A stretch of 64,000 nucleotides of DNA from Lama glama (lineage: Eukaryota), in assembly GCA_028534125.1 (NCBI GenBank), contig CM052818.1, positions 5,706,001 to 5,770,000 on the forward strand. Reading direction: 5' to 3'. The position numbers and the translations under genes were made by a program. Shown one piece after another: positions 26,291 through 40,600 of this stretch. The notes below the pieces were generated by a model. That model saw only the letters and a list, made by a program, of their open reading frames with translations. It was not told the DNA's origin and ran no database searches. How positions within the stretch are numbered: the stretch's first letter is position 1; each line of letters opens with the position of its first letter.

Positions 26291-29200
26291 GACAAGAAAT
26301 GCCACGTCACCCACCCTAAAGAAAGCTTTCCCACAAAGTGGCCGGGGAGGTGGCTACAGAGCGACTGTGCTCAGAACAAGGCAGATAAACGCAGACGTCT
26401 TTCCCAGCAGTGGGACAGAGAGCCAGCCGCACACAGTTCCTGTCCTTGCCACACCCTGCAGTGGCTGCGGGGAGGATGCAGAACATAGGGTGCTCCTCCC
26501 CCAAAGCCCAGAGGGGCCTGAGAGGAGGGACCCAGACCAGGGATCAGGCAGCAGACTCACCTCTGCTCATTCCTAATGCATCAACCCAGAGAATCACCAG
26601 CAATCCTGAGTATGTGCTTTTGTGCCAAGATTCTAGGTTAGTCTTTCTGTCACAGGGAAGGGTTTGTACCAGGGCAGAAATAAACTTCCTAATTCATTCA
26701 CCAGGTAATGGACATCATAATAATTGGCAATGACATCTGTCATTGGAAAGATTTCCACTGTTCTTCACAAAAGTTTCATAGAAAAGTGGAAGTCAGCAAG
26801 TCGTGATTCTCCCCAGAAATTCACAGGTAAAGCAATGGGGCCGAGCCAAGGAGACAGGGGAGAATGGAACACTTCTGCTCTGTTAGAATTATTGTTTTCT
26901 TAACAGCATGAAATTCCCCATTAGTTAGGTCAAATATTTTGAATATATTTAGAAAAACATATTCTGTGTTATTAAATAATACCAGGGACTACCTAAAAGG
27001 GCCCATTGGATGAGATCTCAGCTGGGCCATTGGATCAGTCTCATAGCCCAGTGTTTTAAACCTCTCTGCAAGAAATTCTGGCCAAGAGTCTGCAATCTCA
27101 AATTGTCCCACAACTTCTATCCCAAAAGAAATCTGAGTCACTAGTATCCCGGGGGTCTCCTAAGGGCCAGGAGGGGTCGGCAGACCAGATTTTCATCCTG
27201 TGTAGCTGGGAAAATATTTCAATACAGTATAGTTTTGCTCAGAAGTCTTTGAGGAGACACCAAGTAGGAAATGATTAGAATTACATCTACCTACTGTCAC
27301 ATATTAGCATTAAATTATTAGTGGTATTAGTGGCTTACATGTTACATTAAACTTGCAAATTATAGAGACCCTATTTCCATTCTACGAGCATCTCTATTTT
27401 TTTTCCCCTGCATGCATATCTAATCATTCGCTTGCCTCTTATCACTCCGGGAAACTATCGTTCTTAATTCCATGGATTTCCACAGGGCAAGAATCTAGGC
27501 CACCGTTTATGCACAGAAATCAATTCAGCCACCACTATACTCTGCATCAAAACAACGTTTTAAGAGCAAAAGTTGAAGCCGGTGGCAATGAGCCAAAGCA
27601 CCTCTTCTCAAAAGGAAAATGCAGTGGGATTTTTAAGAGCAAAGAGAACAAGTCACCGAGGCTTTCTGGCTCACCAAGAAATGGGGAATCCTTAATGGCC
27701 CAAAGTGTCTTGATTCAAATCTGGAATTTAGTAAGACTTTGTGCCCAGAGAAAAGTTCTGATTGCCTCACCCCGCAGTGCACTTCTGTAGTGTCCTGGGT
27801 CAGTACATCCACCAGGTCCACTTTCTCTTTGCCCCCAGTGACATGATTAACCAACAATATTTTTATGTTTTTAATCAGAATCTGAAAGAGCATTTGGGCG
27901 CCACAGTGCAGTTTTACACACTCTGCATCTCTGAAACACCCTATTAGATGAACGCGAGAGTTTCAAAAGAAGTCAATCACAGAAATATCATTGGCTTCTT
28001 CTAAAATTGTATATAATCAACTAACTCCGCCATTCACAAGTTACAACAATCTAGCCAAGGTATCTTAAAGCCATAAGAAGTCCCGCCCCTCCATGTCCTT
28101 TTCCCACAGGCCAAATAAAGGTGAATTAAGGAAATCTGGCAAAGGGTATACATGACTATTGCCATTTCCCACAGCAAATAGGGTATTTTCCTCTGGGAAT
28201 AAAACATTTTCCTTAAACTACTGTTTATAACCCTTATCAGTGCAACAGCAATAGAGCCATCAAGTCCAATCTCTGGTGGAAAAAAGTCAAGGTCAACAAG
28301 GACTTGCATTTTTGTTTATCTTGAGCGGCAATTGCTACCAACATTCAATTGGGTAATAAACCGAGGTCTGTCCAATGTTCCCAGCGAACAGGTGATCCAA
28401 AAGCTATCTCAGAACAAGGCCATTGCCAGGTAATCAAGCCATCCTGTTACAATTATGGTTTGAGTACATTTATTTATAGATGCAAACATCAGTCAATTCT
28501 GAGGGAGCACTGCCATGGCATTGCCACCACTGGGTAGGAAGTCAGAGGAAGCACAGGACGGCTCTTGCCAGACATGCTCACTAGCAATAAAGTGTGTATT
28601 CCCATGAGCAGAGTACCCTCCAAAGAAAATGTTTTTCCCTCTTATCTCTCCTACAGAAAGGCAATTTTGTGTAGCTCAAGACAGCCACGTCCTTTCCTCT
28701 GCCACCCAGGTTCCTGAGCCCAGTTGCCTCTCTCTGCCTGAAAAACCAATTCTACGGTTATGTGCGTGTGTCTGTTTGGAAAGGTTGCAGGATTCCTTTA
28801 AGCCGGCACGGTTGCTACATTAGAAAACACTTCGTTTTAACTTGAAAAGTGCTAGGGTTTGTTCAGTGTGTTGAATTCTACAGGGTCAGATAGACATTGG
28901 GAGTACTTTTTTCCAATCCATCAAGAAACTCACTGATAGCAACAGGAGTGATGCATTTGGGTCTGGGGAGCACGTGATTCAGCGCCCTATTTAGCCCTAT
29001 TCAACTTACAGATTAAAAATAGACGCTGTTCCAGCTGCAAAGTAAGACATGTTAAACCTACTGTCTCCATTTGAAATATGAAAACTAAATCTAGGGACCC
29101 TGGCCACGACCTAAAATGATGACTCTGACCCACACAACGCAAACCTCTTGCTTCCACTTCAGTCATGAAAAATGAGCCTAAGGGATATTCTTGGAGCCTC

Positions 29201-32200
29201 AGAGCAATGTTTCCACTCCTTGCTGTGTAGCTTTTATGAACATTCTATCATTTAGCGGAGCAATTAATGTTTTCCAGCATTGATTCCTTTCCTATCAGGA
29301 TATCTGGAGAGGAAGCAAAGGACACTCCTTCTAAAAATACATAAACTCACATCCTGGGAAAGAAAGTGAAAACTAAAAACAAAACAAAATTCAAGACACA
29401 CGAAATGAAGTCCACTTGTTTAAAAGGCAACTCATCCTGCGTGATATAGATGCACAAGGTACCAGGTGACAGTGTTGTCAGTCAAGAGAATGTTGTTACA
29501 GTATTTAAAAAGTATCCTTCATTCTTTAACGTCCCGGCAAAAAGTGGATGGCAGCAGAGTTGGATCCACAGGTGCACAAGGATACTATTTCCAATCCTGG
29601 TGTCTGTTAAGTCTTGGGCAGGTAATTTGAAGATTCTACATAAAGAAAAATTAGCAGCCTGGGAAGTGGGAAGGCAGGATTAGAACCCACGGAGTCCACG
29701 AAGGCCCGTGCAGCAAAGCATCTACTGCGCAGAGACGCAGGAAACGCTCATCCATCAGTTGTCAGGCAAAAGGGAAGTCACCTCATGTTCAGAGCAGTAA
29801 ACTGATGAAGTGAGTCACCAAATTCCCATGATAGCTTGGCTGGCCTCTTCCTTTCCACGCAGGCCCTGGTCACCATGGAACCAGAGCCTCCTCCAGGGGA
29901 AGCGGGGCGGCAGACGGTGGAGGCTGGGTTTCTGCAAGTCACCCTCAGAAAGGGTGGGGACGTGTCCAGCCAGGGGGAGGGGGAGAAGCCAAAGCCAGCA
30001 ACAACCGGCCCCCTTTTGGGAGGTTACCTGCCCCTGAGAAGACACAGGGTGCAGGATGGGAGCTGTAGTCTAGAGAACAGTCTTCTGAGACCTTGGCCTC
30101 ATTCCAGACCCTTCTGAACCCATCACCCCCCCACACCTCTCAGTCTCTCAGTCTGGTCCAGTCTCCTCCCACATCACTCTCCTCTGTAGCCTCCTCCCTC
30201 TGTCTCAGTCTGGTCCTCAGCCTTCCTCCCCAGCCATCCCTCCTTCACTCAGAGCTGACCTTGGCACAGCTCTGACATTCCCAGTGACTCCCCAACTCCC
30301 CACAACCTCCCCACTCCCTAAGATGCCAGACATGATCCTTGGGGGTCTGGCTCTGCTAACTCGAGGCCGTGCCTCAGATCCGTCCTGTCCCCCACCCTGT
30401 TCTCTGCTCTCACTGGGGCCCCCAAAGTGTCATGCTTTCTCTTCCCCACACAAACTACTCTCTTCGCCCCACACTCCCTCTACTTCTCTGTCTCTCCCGA
30501 GTTTCCATCAAAGATGCCCCACCATGGGGGAGCTAGGTAGGAGGCTGGGAATGCAAACTGATTGCTTCTGGGGCTAACTCTGGGGGATGTAGTAGTGGTG
30601 GCCTGGCATGCTGTCCAGAGAAGGACCCACAGCCAAGCCCCATTCAGGCTCCATGAGAAAGGGCGCTGGGATGGATGAAGGATGCTGTCCTTTCATGGAA
30701 GGATGCGGAGACGGTGGTCCTAATCCAGGTGGTTGCCGCCTTCTCTGCCAGTTTGTTACGTGTCATCCATCTACTTCCAGACGATGCTGAGCCCACTGAA
30801 TCATGAGACCTAACCCACCATGTGTTACCTGTCTGCCCCTCCACTGGACTGTCAGCTTCTGGATTCCAGGAAAAGCCTCTTTGACTCCCAATTCTTACAT
30901 CTAGCCCTGGGCTGGCACCCAGTGGACGTTCAACTAAGTCTCAGTAGGTTAGTGAAAGGGACTCTTCTGTCTTCAGCTCTTCTAACATTTGGAGTATTTC
31001 TCTCATAAGCTTAAAATTCACAATATCCAACAAGAGCTTTTATTGGCACTAAAAGTACTCCTTTCTCATAAAGAGATGTTCTTAGTGCTTGGTAAACCAA
31101 ATATTCGTAGCACACAGTCCCCTTCAACTTTATAGGTTGAGATCATATTCCCTCAGAACTTTCATTTTTTTTTAGAGATTGTGGCCCCCGAATCTTACCA
31201 TCCTGGTATCCTAGCTCAGCCCCTCAACATCTCCATTTTAACCGTCACTTATCTGAATCTCTCTGGCTCCCTTAACCCAGTCCCAGAGGACAATAACCGG
31301 ACGAACAAGGGCGTTCTCATCTGCATCCCTGGCCCCAGGGAGAGGGAGAAGAGGATGGAGGATGGCGCTGGCACACCATAAAACGGTCAGAAGGAGGAGA
31401 TGGCAACGTGGGGAAAGGCCTCATGGCGTCACGAAACAATCAGCACCTTGGCTTCTGTGAAGACAGGCTGCCATCCGTTTCAACCATGGCAACCAAGACA
31501 AGCCTGGATACCAAGGAATTCAAGTGCAAGTGGGCTGAATAAGAGTCCAGACATCCAGTCACATCAGTCAGTCAGACGTTTATCAGGCACTTACTCTCCC
31601 TGCGGCCTTGTGCTGGGAGCTGAGGGGAACAGGGGAGTCCTCCCGGTGTTAGGCTGTCAGCCTCTGCCATCTCACTGGACTCCCCGTGTGAGGACATGGG
31701 GGGATTTCTCCCAGGTCCCCGTGCCAGCCAAAGGCATTCTTCTGAGCAACTCTCAAGGATGCTGTCCGTCTTGTAACTAATGATATTTCCCTCTTCACTT
31801 TGGCTGCTAGGAAGCTCAGAGCCAAAATAACTGCCTACTCCTAGCAACTGGACATGATCTTATAACTCATTATAATTCTGTACTACCCTTAGGATAGACC
31901 TCTCATTTATTTTCCTTTCATTCGTATTTCTTCATCTACTTTTCTTTATCCTGTTGTAGACTACATACCGTAAGTCCTTTCTTAGAATGAAAGGGAGAGT
32001 ACGTAAATGCATTTTGAAATAAAGACATTTCCTTTTTTTTTCTAAAGTATCAATGTGCAAACAGGTGCCAGAGTGGCACCAGAATTGCTGTCACAGGTGC
32101 ACTGGGATAGGGACACTCAAGGAAACAGTCAAACTAAAGCAAATGAAATGTTTTAAGAGATGGGACTGACCAAATGCTAATAACCCAGCAACAAGTCTAT

Positions 32201-33459
32201 CGGCGAATTCAGTGTTTTCTGCATTCACTCCTCAATTCTCCCTTTTCTTAAAAATATACAACTTCGGAGAAAATTTAAGATTTTCTAGGTAAGGTCATGT
32301 TCTCTTTTTCTCCTGACATGGAAACAAGGAGAAGGAAGTTGAACCTCCTTTGTTCTTCGTTAGGAAGTAAGGTGTGCACCATTTAGGAGGGCATGCATAC
32401 GGCTTGATATTGGTGAACCGGGGGTGGGGGGCAGGCCAAAGCCAATTGTACTAATCAAACAGAATGCTTTTAGGTTAAGTAATTACAGAAAATTATCTGC
32501 AAGACTGAACTAATCCACACAGCCAGACACTGGAGCAAAACCCAACTTCTCAACTACACTTCTGGGACCAATCAATGTGCGAGGTAGACAACGCCTACCT
32601 CTTTTTAAGGAAAATGCTTGGCATAAATTTACTGTTTGGGTTAGTTTTTGCTAGGCCAACAGCCAAAACCTCCACCACCATCCTTAATTAGTGCTAGCAG
32701 TCATGAGGGAGAGAGAGAAATTCAGGAGCAGAGCTAAATATCACATCCCGGGGGATGGAATCATGTCTGCCGCTGGGAACAGCACAGCGCGTGAAAGCAC
32801 CCTCCCAGGGTCTGTCTCAATCCATCCTTAACCCCTACCCTTAGATCCCTCAAAAGATACTAAAATGCTGCTGCCAGTGCCCCCTCATCCTCGATGGGAA
32901 GACCAGTTAGGACCCGAGGATGGAACCCAAGGGTAAGAGTAGGTGGAACGAGCGATGATGTAGATGGCGGAATTTAAGGTACCGCCCCCCAGAGCCGTCT
33001 ACCACCAGCTTCTGAGAGAGCTGCCTGTTGACTCTTTCCTTGAGTGTCGCAGTTAAACTGTATCTCTGGGAGTCGGAACAGGTGAGACCTTGGTATCCAT
33101 TCCCACTGTGCACAGAGATTACCAAGTGAGAGTAGCCATCTGGCACCCGGAAGGAATCAGGCCGGAGGGAATGCCGTGCAATTGCGGTTTGAAAGCATGA
33201 GGGGGTTCCCAGTCCTCTTCAATAAATAATTATCCATCAGTGGCCATGGGCCCTAACAATGCTGGGCACGGGAGAGTCAAAGATGAAGGAGACACAGTCC
33301 CTTCCCAGTCCCTCCCTCCTGGGAAGACTGACGCATGGATGGCTCATTTCAATACATGAAAAAAGGTAGGACCCAGGATACCCTGACATCACCGAAGAGG
33401 GTCACTTCCTCGAACCCGGGGACTCACAGAACACCTCCTGCAGATGACACTTAAATTAG

Positions 33460-33980
33460 TTTGGGAGTTTTTAACCTGGGCTACATAGAGCTCCCTGACC
33501 CAAGGGATAGAATACAGAAATACTTGGAAGGGAAAACATTAACATTTATTCTCACTAACCTCTAATTGGAATTAGAATTTCTTTCACGTGTGTAACTAGG
33601 TAAGTAACAAACCACAGAACTACTAGGACCCGTGACTTTGTCACCAACAGGAATCATATTCACACACCACAATGCAGTTGTCACAAACGTCTTAAAACGC
33701 CATTGACATTCATCACTGTTTCAAAATGTGGTAGACAATAGAATTATTTCTAGACCTTATTATTTAATGCGTATTAAAACAAAGTACTAATGTCACTATA
33801 CTATAATTTGTTTCCAAAAATATTTTGATAACTGGATTTCAATATAATTAGTTTCCCTTGTAGTCCTGTGTATTTTAGCTTGCTCATTAACAGAAGCATT
33901 ACTCGGGCAAGGTATCCATTGACATCACCAAACTGCCACAGGGGTCCCCTCCCCCACGAAGTGTCAAGATCCCCTAAAGA
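33460..33980. mobile_element. hAT-Charlie DNA transposon fossil
   Basis: Ends gggagtttttaacctggg ... tcaagatcccct are degenerate Charlie-type TIRs; internal ttcccttgtagtcctgtgtatttt. Confidence 0.5.
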
Positions 33981-34960
33981 AGATCGGTGTGGGTCAGCAG
34001 CAGGGTGACTCAAGGTGGAGGAAGCAGTGATGGCCCCATTTGTTCAGACAGCAGGGGCTTTGGGGGGCCACTTGGCCATGTCAGGAGACCGAACCAAGTT
34101 CCCAAGAGTGGGGTTTTGGGTCCAAGTTGGCCTCACAGGGCCCCAGAGATGCTGAACTTACATAGCAGTCAGAGGACCGAATGTCCCTCCGCAAATCAGG
34201 CCAGATCCCACCCGCGCTGTGTTTCCATCAACAGCCTTGACCATGGAGTTAGAGCCCTGTGCCTGGGTCACTGGCATGTTGTGGAAGAAATGCACTCGCA
34301 GCTCCCTAAGGATGTTCACTACTTAGCAGACGTTTCCACTGACATGTGCTGGATGGTCCTGGTAGCACACACGACCTTCCTGAGGGCAAATACGACGACC
34401 CGCTCATTTTTATAGCCTCACACGGAGCCCCCGCCACACAGTAGGTGCTCAATCCATTGCTGATGGCTTGACTAGAAATACATTTACATTTCCCCCCTTA
34501 AATACAGATTGCGATACTATGGTGGCCCCTCTGCAGAAGTGACTACAATCCTCAACTCATGTTTTACCTCCTTGGTCTGTATTAAATGGATGCTCCCCTA
34601 AAATTAACTCCCTCACATCTGCCTTGCCACGAATGACACCTTGAGAAGAATCTGCCACCAGGGACAATGGATTCTCTCCTGGTTTATCTTCTTGGGTAGA
34701 AACTGAAACACACGTTTCAGCTGAGCCAGGCTGTGTGTGGTGGCTCTGGAAGGCCTAGGAGGGCAGGCCTGAAAAACAAGTTACTGCTTATAGTTTAGAA
34801 CCCAGTGCAGAATCAAGTGAAGAAGGGAAGGTGAGAGAGAGTAAGAGGAAAGAAAGGTCTTATTTAGAAACTGAATTAAATAACTACACATTAAGATCTG
34901 GGTTTTCAAAGCTCAGGTCACCATTTTTATTATTTACATGAGGCAATAAAATGCATGTTA

Positions 34961-35046
34961 CTGGGGGAGGGCACAGCTCAGTGGTAGAGAGCGTGCTTAG
35001 CATGCACAAGGTCTGGGTTCAATGCCCAGTCCCTCCACTAAAAAAA
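34961..35046 (+). mobile_element. tRNA-derived SINE, short form
   Basis: gggggagggcacagctcagtggtagag...gggttcaatgcccag followed by poly(A); TSD aaaatgcatgtta at 34948-34960 and 35047-35059. Confidence 0.9.
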
Positions 35047-37349
35047 AAAATGCATGTTATGAATAGAAGTGTGGAATATATTGTTCTATATGAGATATAT
35101 TTTTGAAAAATATGTTACAGTTTGGGAGAGAAAGAACCAAGCATTATGAACCATTAACTTCCGGGTCAACTACAACAGAAAATACATGCCACACTTACTG
35201 AAAGGCTAGTGCTGTCACAGCCAGAAAAGCTTTCTCTAATTTACAACAGACTGAGTGGAACCGAAAAAAGGACACCTTTCTCAAAGTTTTCATATTCTCT
35301 GGCTGCAGGTCTAAATGATGAATGACATAACATCATTATTCATATAATTCCTTACCACTCATTTTTAAATTTTAAACCATCACTGGATTCTTGAGAGACC
35401 AATGTCATGAATTCTAGGGAAGTCAGAGAAGTGGGCTCTATTTTCAGAAGTTCTACAACTCACACTGGAGCTGGTATTTCTTAAGAAAGAATCACAGCAA
35501 CAACAAAATTCCAATCCATCACAGGCAACACAACCCCAGTATCTGCACTGGTGACAATGGCAGGTGTCACCAGCAAAGTCTCCATCATCTACCGAGCCCA
35601 CTGTAACACAGCAAAGCAAAGGGAATGCAGAACTGTGGTTTTTCAGGCCATACCTAACAAGCATCACACACCTCTTAAGTTTTAAAAATCAGAGTACAAA
35701 TTTGATAAGATATCCAGAGTTCACACGTAAATAAAAACGAGCAATCAACAGAAAGTACACAAAATGAGCCTGTTGACTAATGTCCTGTCTTTTCTAATCG
35801 AGGGTCAGCCCTATTCAAACCCAATCACGTGAGGATGGACCCTGTAAAGGTCAGTCAAAGGCAGGCTGAAACTCCAACTGTCTAGCTGACCTTCAGAGCT
35901 TGTGACAAATTGCTATCAGTCAATGTCAACTAATGACAGGAGCTCTTTGGCTAATCAATTGTTCTAAAAATGATCAAGAAAACTACTCACAGGACAGCTC
36001 ATTTTCACATCAATGCCTGTGAAGTATGAAAAGCTCATTTTTTGAGTTTTTAATAAGCTCATAAGTAAAGCAGTTACTTAGTAACAGAGGTCACCTTACA
36101 GAAAGACAGAACCTTTGTCTGCCTTTTACACATTCTTTTATTACCATATTATAGTAAAAAATATGCCATGGATATGCCAGAGGGCTACATAATAAAGTAG
36201 GGAACACTTCATCCACTTTTGAGACAAATCTTTCTGTGTTAGAAGGAAATCTATTTGGGAGTAAATAATTTCAAATGAATTTTTCAGTGGTTTAAGATGA
36301 AAAACAATGACCTCAAGTTTACTAGTGGCATCGCCTAACAGTGAGAAGATGTACTTTCTGTGAAAACCCTTGTGACCAAGTTCACGCCCCTAAATACACA
36401 GGCATGACTTTTAGATGACGGAGTTATTTTTCTTTATTTTAAGACAACCCGCTTTCAGGATGCTAGACGTCAAGCAAAAGGGGAACGGGAAGTGATTACT
36501 CACATCGGATGAGTGACTGAAAGGTAAGGTGAGTAGAGCATGGGGCGTTCTTGGGAAAACAGTGTCCTGTCTCTACATCTAATTCAACATGTTTGATAAG
36601 TTAATAACATGGACCTTTTGATAAGAGAGATTTGCAGAGGGTAATAACTTCTCCTTTCTTTCTCACACCTGACTTTTCCCAGCAGGAAATCATTTTCCTA
36701 TTCTGCCTGCCATTGCGAGCCAGGGCCACACTTTAATTTGCATTTACTGTAACTCAGGTAACACACGGGAACGCAGTGGTCCAAGGGCTAAGACCTGTGG
36801 TCACCATTATATTTTATTTGTCTCTTCTCACCAAAGCATAGTTTTCAAAATGCATTCTAGTGCCATTGAAATACAAGAAGTTCCCGGAGAAGAAGGCTTA
36901 AGAAGTAAGTGTGAACCAAAATAGATCACTCCAGTCACCCAGACCAACAGACAAACGAAATTTGAGGGGGGTGGGGGGCAGGGTAGGAAACTTTTTAAAC
37001 ATTTTTCTTCATTTTTCAGGATTCTGAGATTATCATAAACACTGTGTTTTTAAAATCAGTTGGGATTTTTTTTTTTTTAAAAAAAGGGGGGGGGGGGGAC
37101 AAAGAGAGAGAAAAAAGAAAATTGTTTCCAAACAAGCTGTATTCACTTTGTGGTTCCATCTGAAAAGCGGCGGGTTACAGATTACACCCTAAACCTGAGT
37201 GGCTATGGTAGTTTTTCAAATGAAAATATCTTCCGTGGCCTCCACTCCTCTCAAGTCGTCCGTAGGAAAGGAAGAAAGGCGGGAGGGCAACACCGAAGCC
37301 GAGCCGTAATTGGAAGTATGTGAAAAATGAAGTGTCAGTTTGGTCAATA

Positions 37350-37610
37350 AAGGGCAAAGGTCAAGGGGAACTGGAGCCCAAACTCTGCGCGAAATTGCTC
37401 ATTAAGACGTCCAATCAGAGCGCTCCGGCCCACCCACCCCATTATTCACCGGACAGCTGACTGTTTCCTACGCCCGGGCTGGGGCTGGTACTACTTTTCT
37501 TCTTCATGTAAAAAGGCGAGCTGTATATAAACCGTTGCTCACCCATCTGGAACAGAACGTGGCCCTGCCCTGCCTCCGCCTCTCTCCCCGCGGCCCGCCC
37601 CCCTCGCATC
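37350..37610 (+). promoter_or_regulatory. Promoter-like motif array (DR1, CCAAT, TATA, GC box), oriented antisense to MEIS1
   Basis: AGGGCA-A-AGGTCA 37351-37363, CCAATCAG 37411-37418, TATATAAA 37524-37531, CCGCCC 37595-37600, with local CpG enrichment. Confidence 0.4.
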
Positions 37611-40600
37611 CAGCTCCCCGGCTGCCTTCACGGGTCCGTCCGAAACCACTGCCTCGACATCCCCTTCAGTAGTGAATGGAACTGCCTTCTGCCCATAGGT
37701 TGCCTGAACTCGCACAGAAGCTGGCGTGAGGTGGGTGGGGCAGCGGGAGGCACTGGTGACTAGTGCTACATTATTATAAAGAAGTAGCCCTGCTTTCCAA
37801 TTGTTCCTCTCTGAGGAAACATGCTGGTTTTGCTTTCTTTCTTTCTTTCTTTTTTTTTAAGTGGGAGCAAAAATACTATTGTTAGATCGGACCTGAGTCC
37901 TGCCCTACCCCGCCCCGCCCCCAGCAAAGAACTTTAGAAGTGGGTTTTACAGGTTCCAGAGCCCAGTAAAGTCCTTTCAGGGTTGAAATGTTTCACATCA
38001 AAATTTCAGTGTAGAATTAATACTTTTTCTCTGTCGTCACAAACCAGTAAAAGGAGATGAGCTCTAAGCGGGAAATGTTCTGTGAGAGAAATGTCCTTAC
38101 TTGGTTTCTAGGCTCCTCTTCTCAATTCAGTAAATCTTGGAATGAGTGAAATGGTAGAGCTCTTAACATATAATACAAATTCATCATCTCAGTCACCCGG
38201 ATCCTCTGTAACTAGGTCGAGCATCATTCTACTTAGCATGAAAACTGGATTCTCAGTCCCAAGCCCAGTAGACTCCCCCTACCCCACACCTCCCGAGGCT
38301 AATGCTGATTCTGGTTTATTCACAGCTCTGCTCCCCTTGGAGCAGAGTGCCAGGCCCAGTGCAGGCCCGAGGGGGAGAGTCCTTGAATTGATAAAGAAAG
38401 AATGGCCCTCAAATGATCCATTTCTCATTCCTAGGGCACCAAGTAGGAGCTCGGGCTCTGCATTCAGACTATTCAAGACCCACCTCTACTACCAACCAGT
38501 ATGTGACTTTGGGCAAGTCTCCTAGGTTCAGAGAAAACTTTGTGACCTCTTTCCAGAAGGGCAGGTGGAAATACCTACACTGACTGATAGCCCATAACGT
38601 GTTATTTTATTATTTTATTACTATCATGTCTTCATCTCTCTTGACTTTGAACCAAAAACGGAGACGTGCCCAAACTCAAAATGTGGTTAGTCACAGCTAA
38701 GGCTGCAGCAGCCCCGGGGCGGTGGGGGCAGGGTGTGGGTGGGGAGTGGGTGGCAGAAGAGGGGGCAGGCACCCCATTTGCTTGGTGTTCTCCCGGTCCA
38801 AACCCCACACTTCCTAGAGCAGGCGCTGAACATGGTCCAGAGAGCAACTGCGCACAGCAGGATAAAAAAATCCCATGAGAGAGTTTGGTGTCTGCCCATG
38901 TGGACCTCATCCTAGGAGACTCTGCTCGGGGGTCCTGAAGACACACCATCCTCAAACAGTTACAAAGGCAGGAGACCCAGATTCTGGAGCTGACTCTGAC
39001 GGTGACTCATTCCCATATTTCCAAGCTTTACTTTTCTCTCTTCTGAAATGGGGACATAGCAAATCATTGACAGGGATAAAATAAGAATCCAATCTCATAT
39101 CTTTGGAAGTGCTTCGAGGAAGTTAAAGAGTAGACAAAAATCAATGTCCCAGCCACAGTGGCAAGAAGCCCCAACCAAATACAGATGTTAGGCCTGCCTT
39201 CGAAATGCCAATTTAAAGGCGCTTCGCTGTTAAAAGAGTCAATTTCCTGCAAGGGGCCGCGAGTGTTAATATCTAATGAAGGTAGATGTTGTAAGAAGAG
39301 TTGCCATGATAAATCATTTGAGTTGGGGGAAAGATCTATTATGTAAACCATGAACAAGCATTAAACCCCAAAGAATGATAATACCTCTGGTATTTTCTTA
39401 ATTATATACTTTACCTATATTCTCATCAGAATGCCCAGGGCTGAATTTTGTAATTTTTCTTTTTTTTTTTTATGCTTAGGTAAAAATGTGGGCTAAAACT
39501 ACTCCATCGACCACAACAGCCACTAGTTTGGCAAATTATCAGGCACTCAAAATCCCCCAAATGGCTGGAACTCTAACTAGGGAACTGTTACTGTATTTTG
39601 AAATCTGTAAGAATGTTACAAATTTCCTGGATGACTGATTTTCTTTTATTTACTTTGAAAGTCCAAAAGAACAGGACTCGGCTGAGATATTGCCTGTTAC
39701 ATCCCTACCCTGTGCCACAGACAAGGTTATTTAACAGAGGACCAAAACCTAGGGAATTTCTCTTTTTTCTGTACCCTAGGTGCTATCATGAAGTGGCAAA
39801 AATTGAAAAGGAATGAGAGAAAAAGGAAAAGCAGCACACATAACACAGTAGAGAAAGTTTTAAAATATGTATTACTCCTGTCTGTGGGGGAAACACCTCT
39901 TTGGATATGTTCGTGACAGATTGAGTTATTTCTGTCTATTGGGTATGTATAAAGACATATTTATGGATTTATAAATCTTTTGAAGAGGGCTGTTATTTAC
40001 CCAGTTGACGAAAATGGACTCAAACTGTGTAAATAACTATTTAGGACATGCACTACAGGCCAAATGCTGGCACGGCTTACCCATCGGTGCCGGCCAGAAA
40101 AGGCAGGCAGGGAGACACGGAAAAGCCACAGCGCACGGCTAATCCGAAGGCAGCACACAGACTCAGCACCACCCGTCTCAGGGATGGAAAAAAAAAAAAA
40201 AAGAATTGAGAAGGGTCGCGGTTGGCATGGAAATGCACAGAAGTTGTTGCAGCAACACTTCCAGGCATCGTTCTGCGTTTAGCGAGGGATAAATCGCACT
40301 GCCAAGGCGAGCCCACCGGGAAGGGTGGGGAGGACCCAGGTGGGACTCCTACCACCTCTGTGGTCAAGCTGGTGGCGGGAGGGGGGGGCGGGGGATCAGC
40401 ACCAAAACCGCCCTGTGATGCTGGTGGGAGTGAGTGGCTTCTGTTCTTTGGTAGAAAGAGGGCATGATGAGAAGAATCTTACATAAATAAACAGGAAACT
40501 GACACTTCAGGGCTGACGTGGCACCACGGCCTCAACAAATGGCCCAGCTCATCCACACCTTCTGTGCCTCATCTGTTACATGGGGCTACCCCTGTCTGAT

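Noticed and set aside
26034..26576. 180-aa ORF as a functional gene
   Set aside because: It has a non-ATG start, and only ~40 aa resemble a LINE RT fragment; there is no other coding support.
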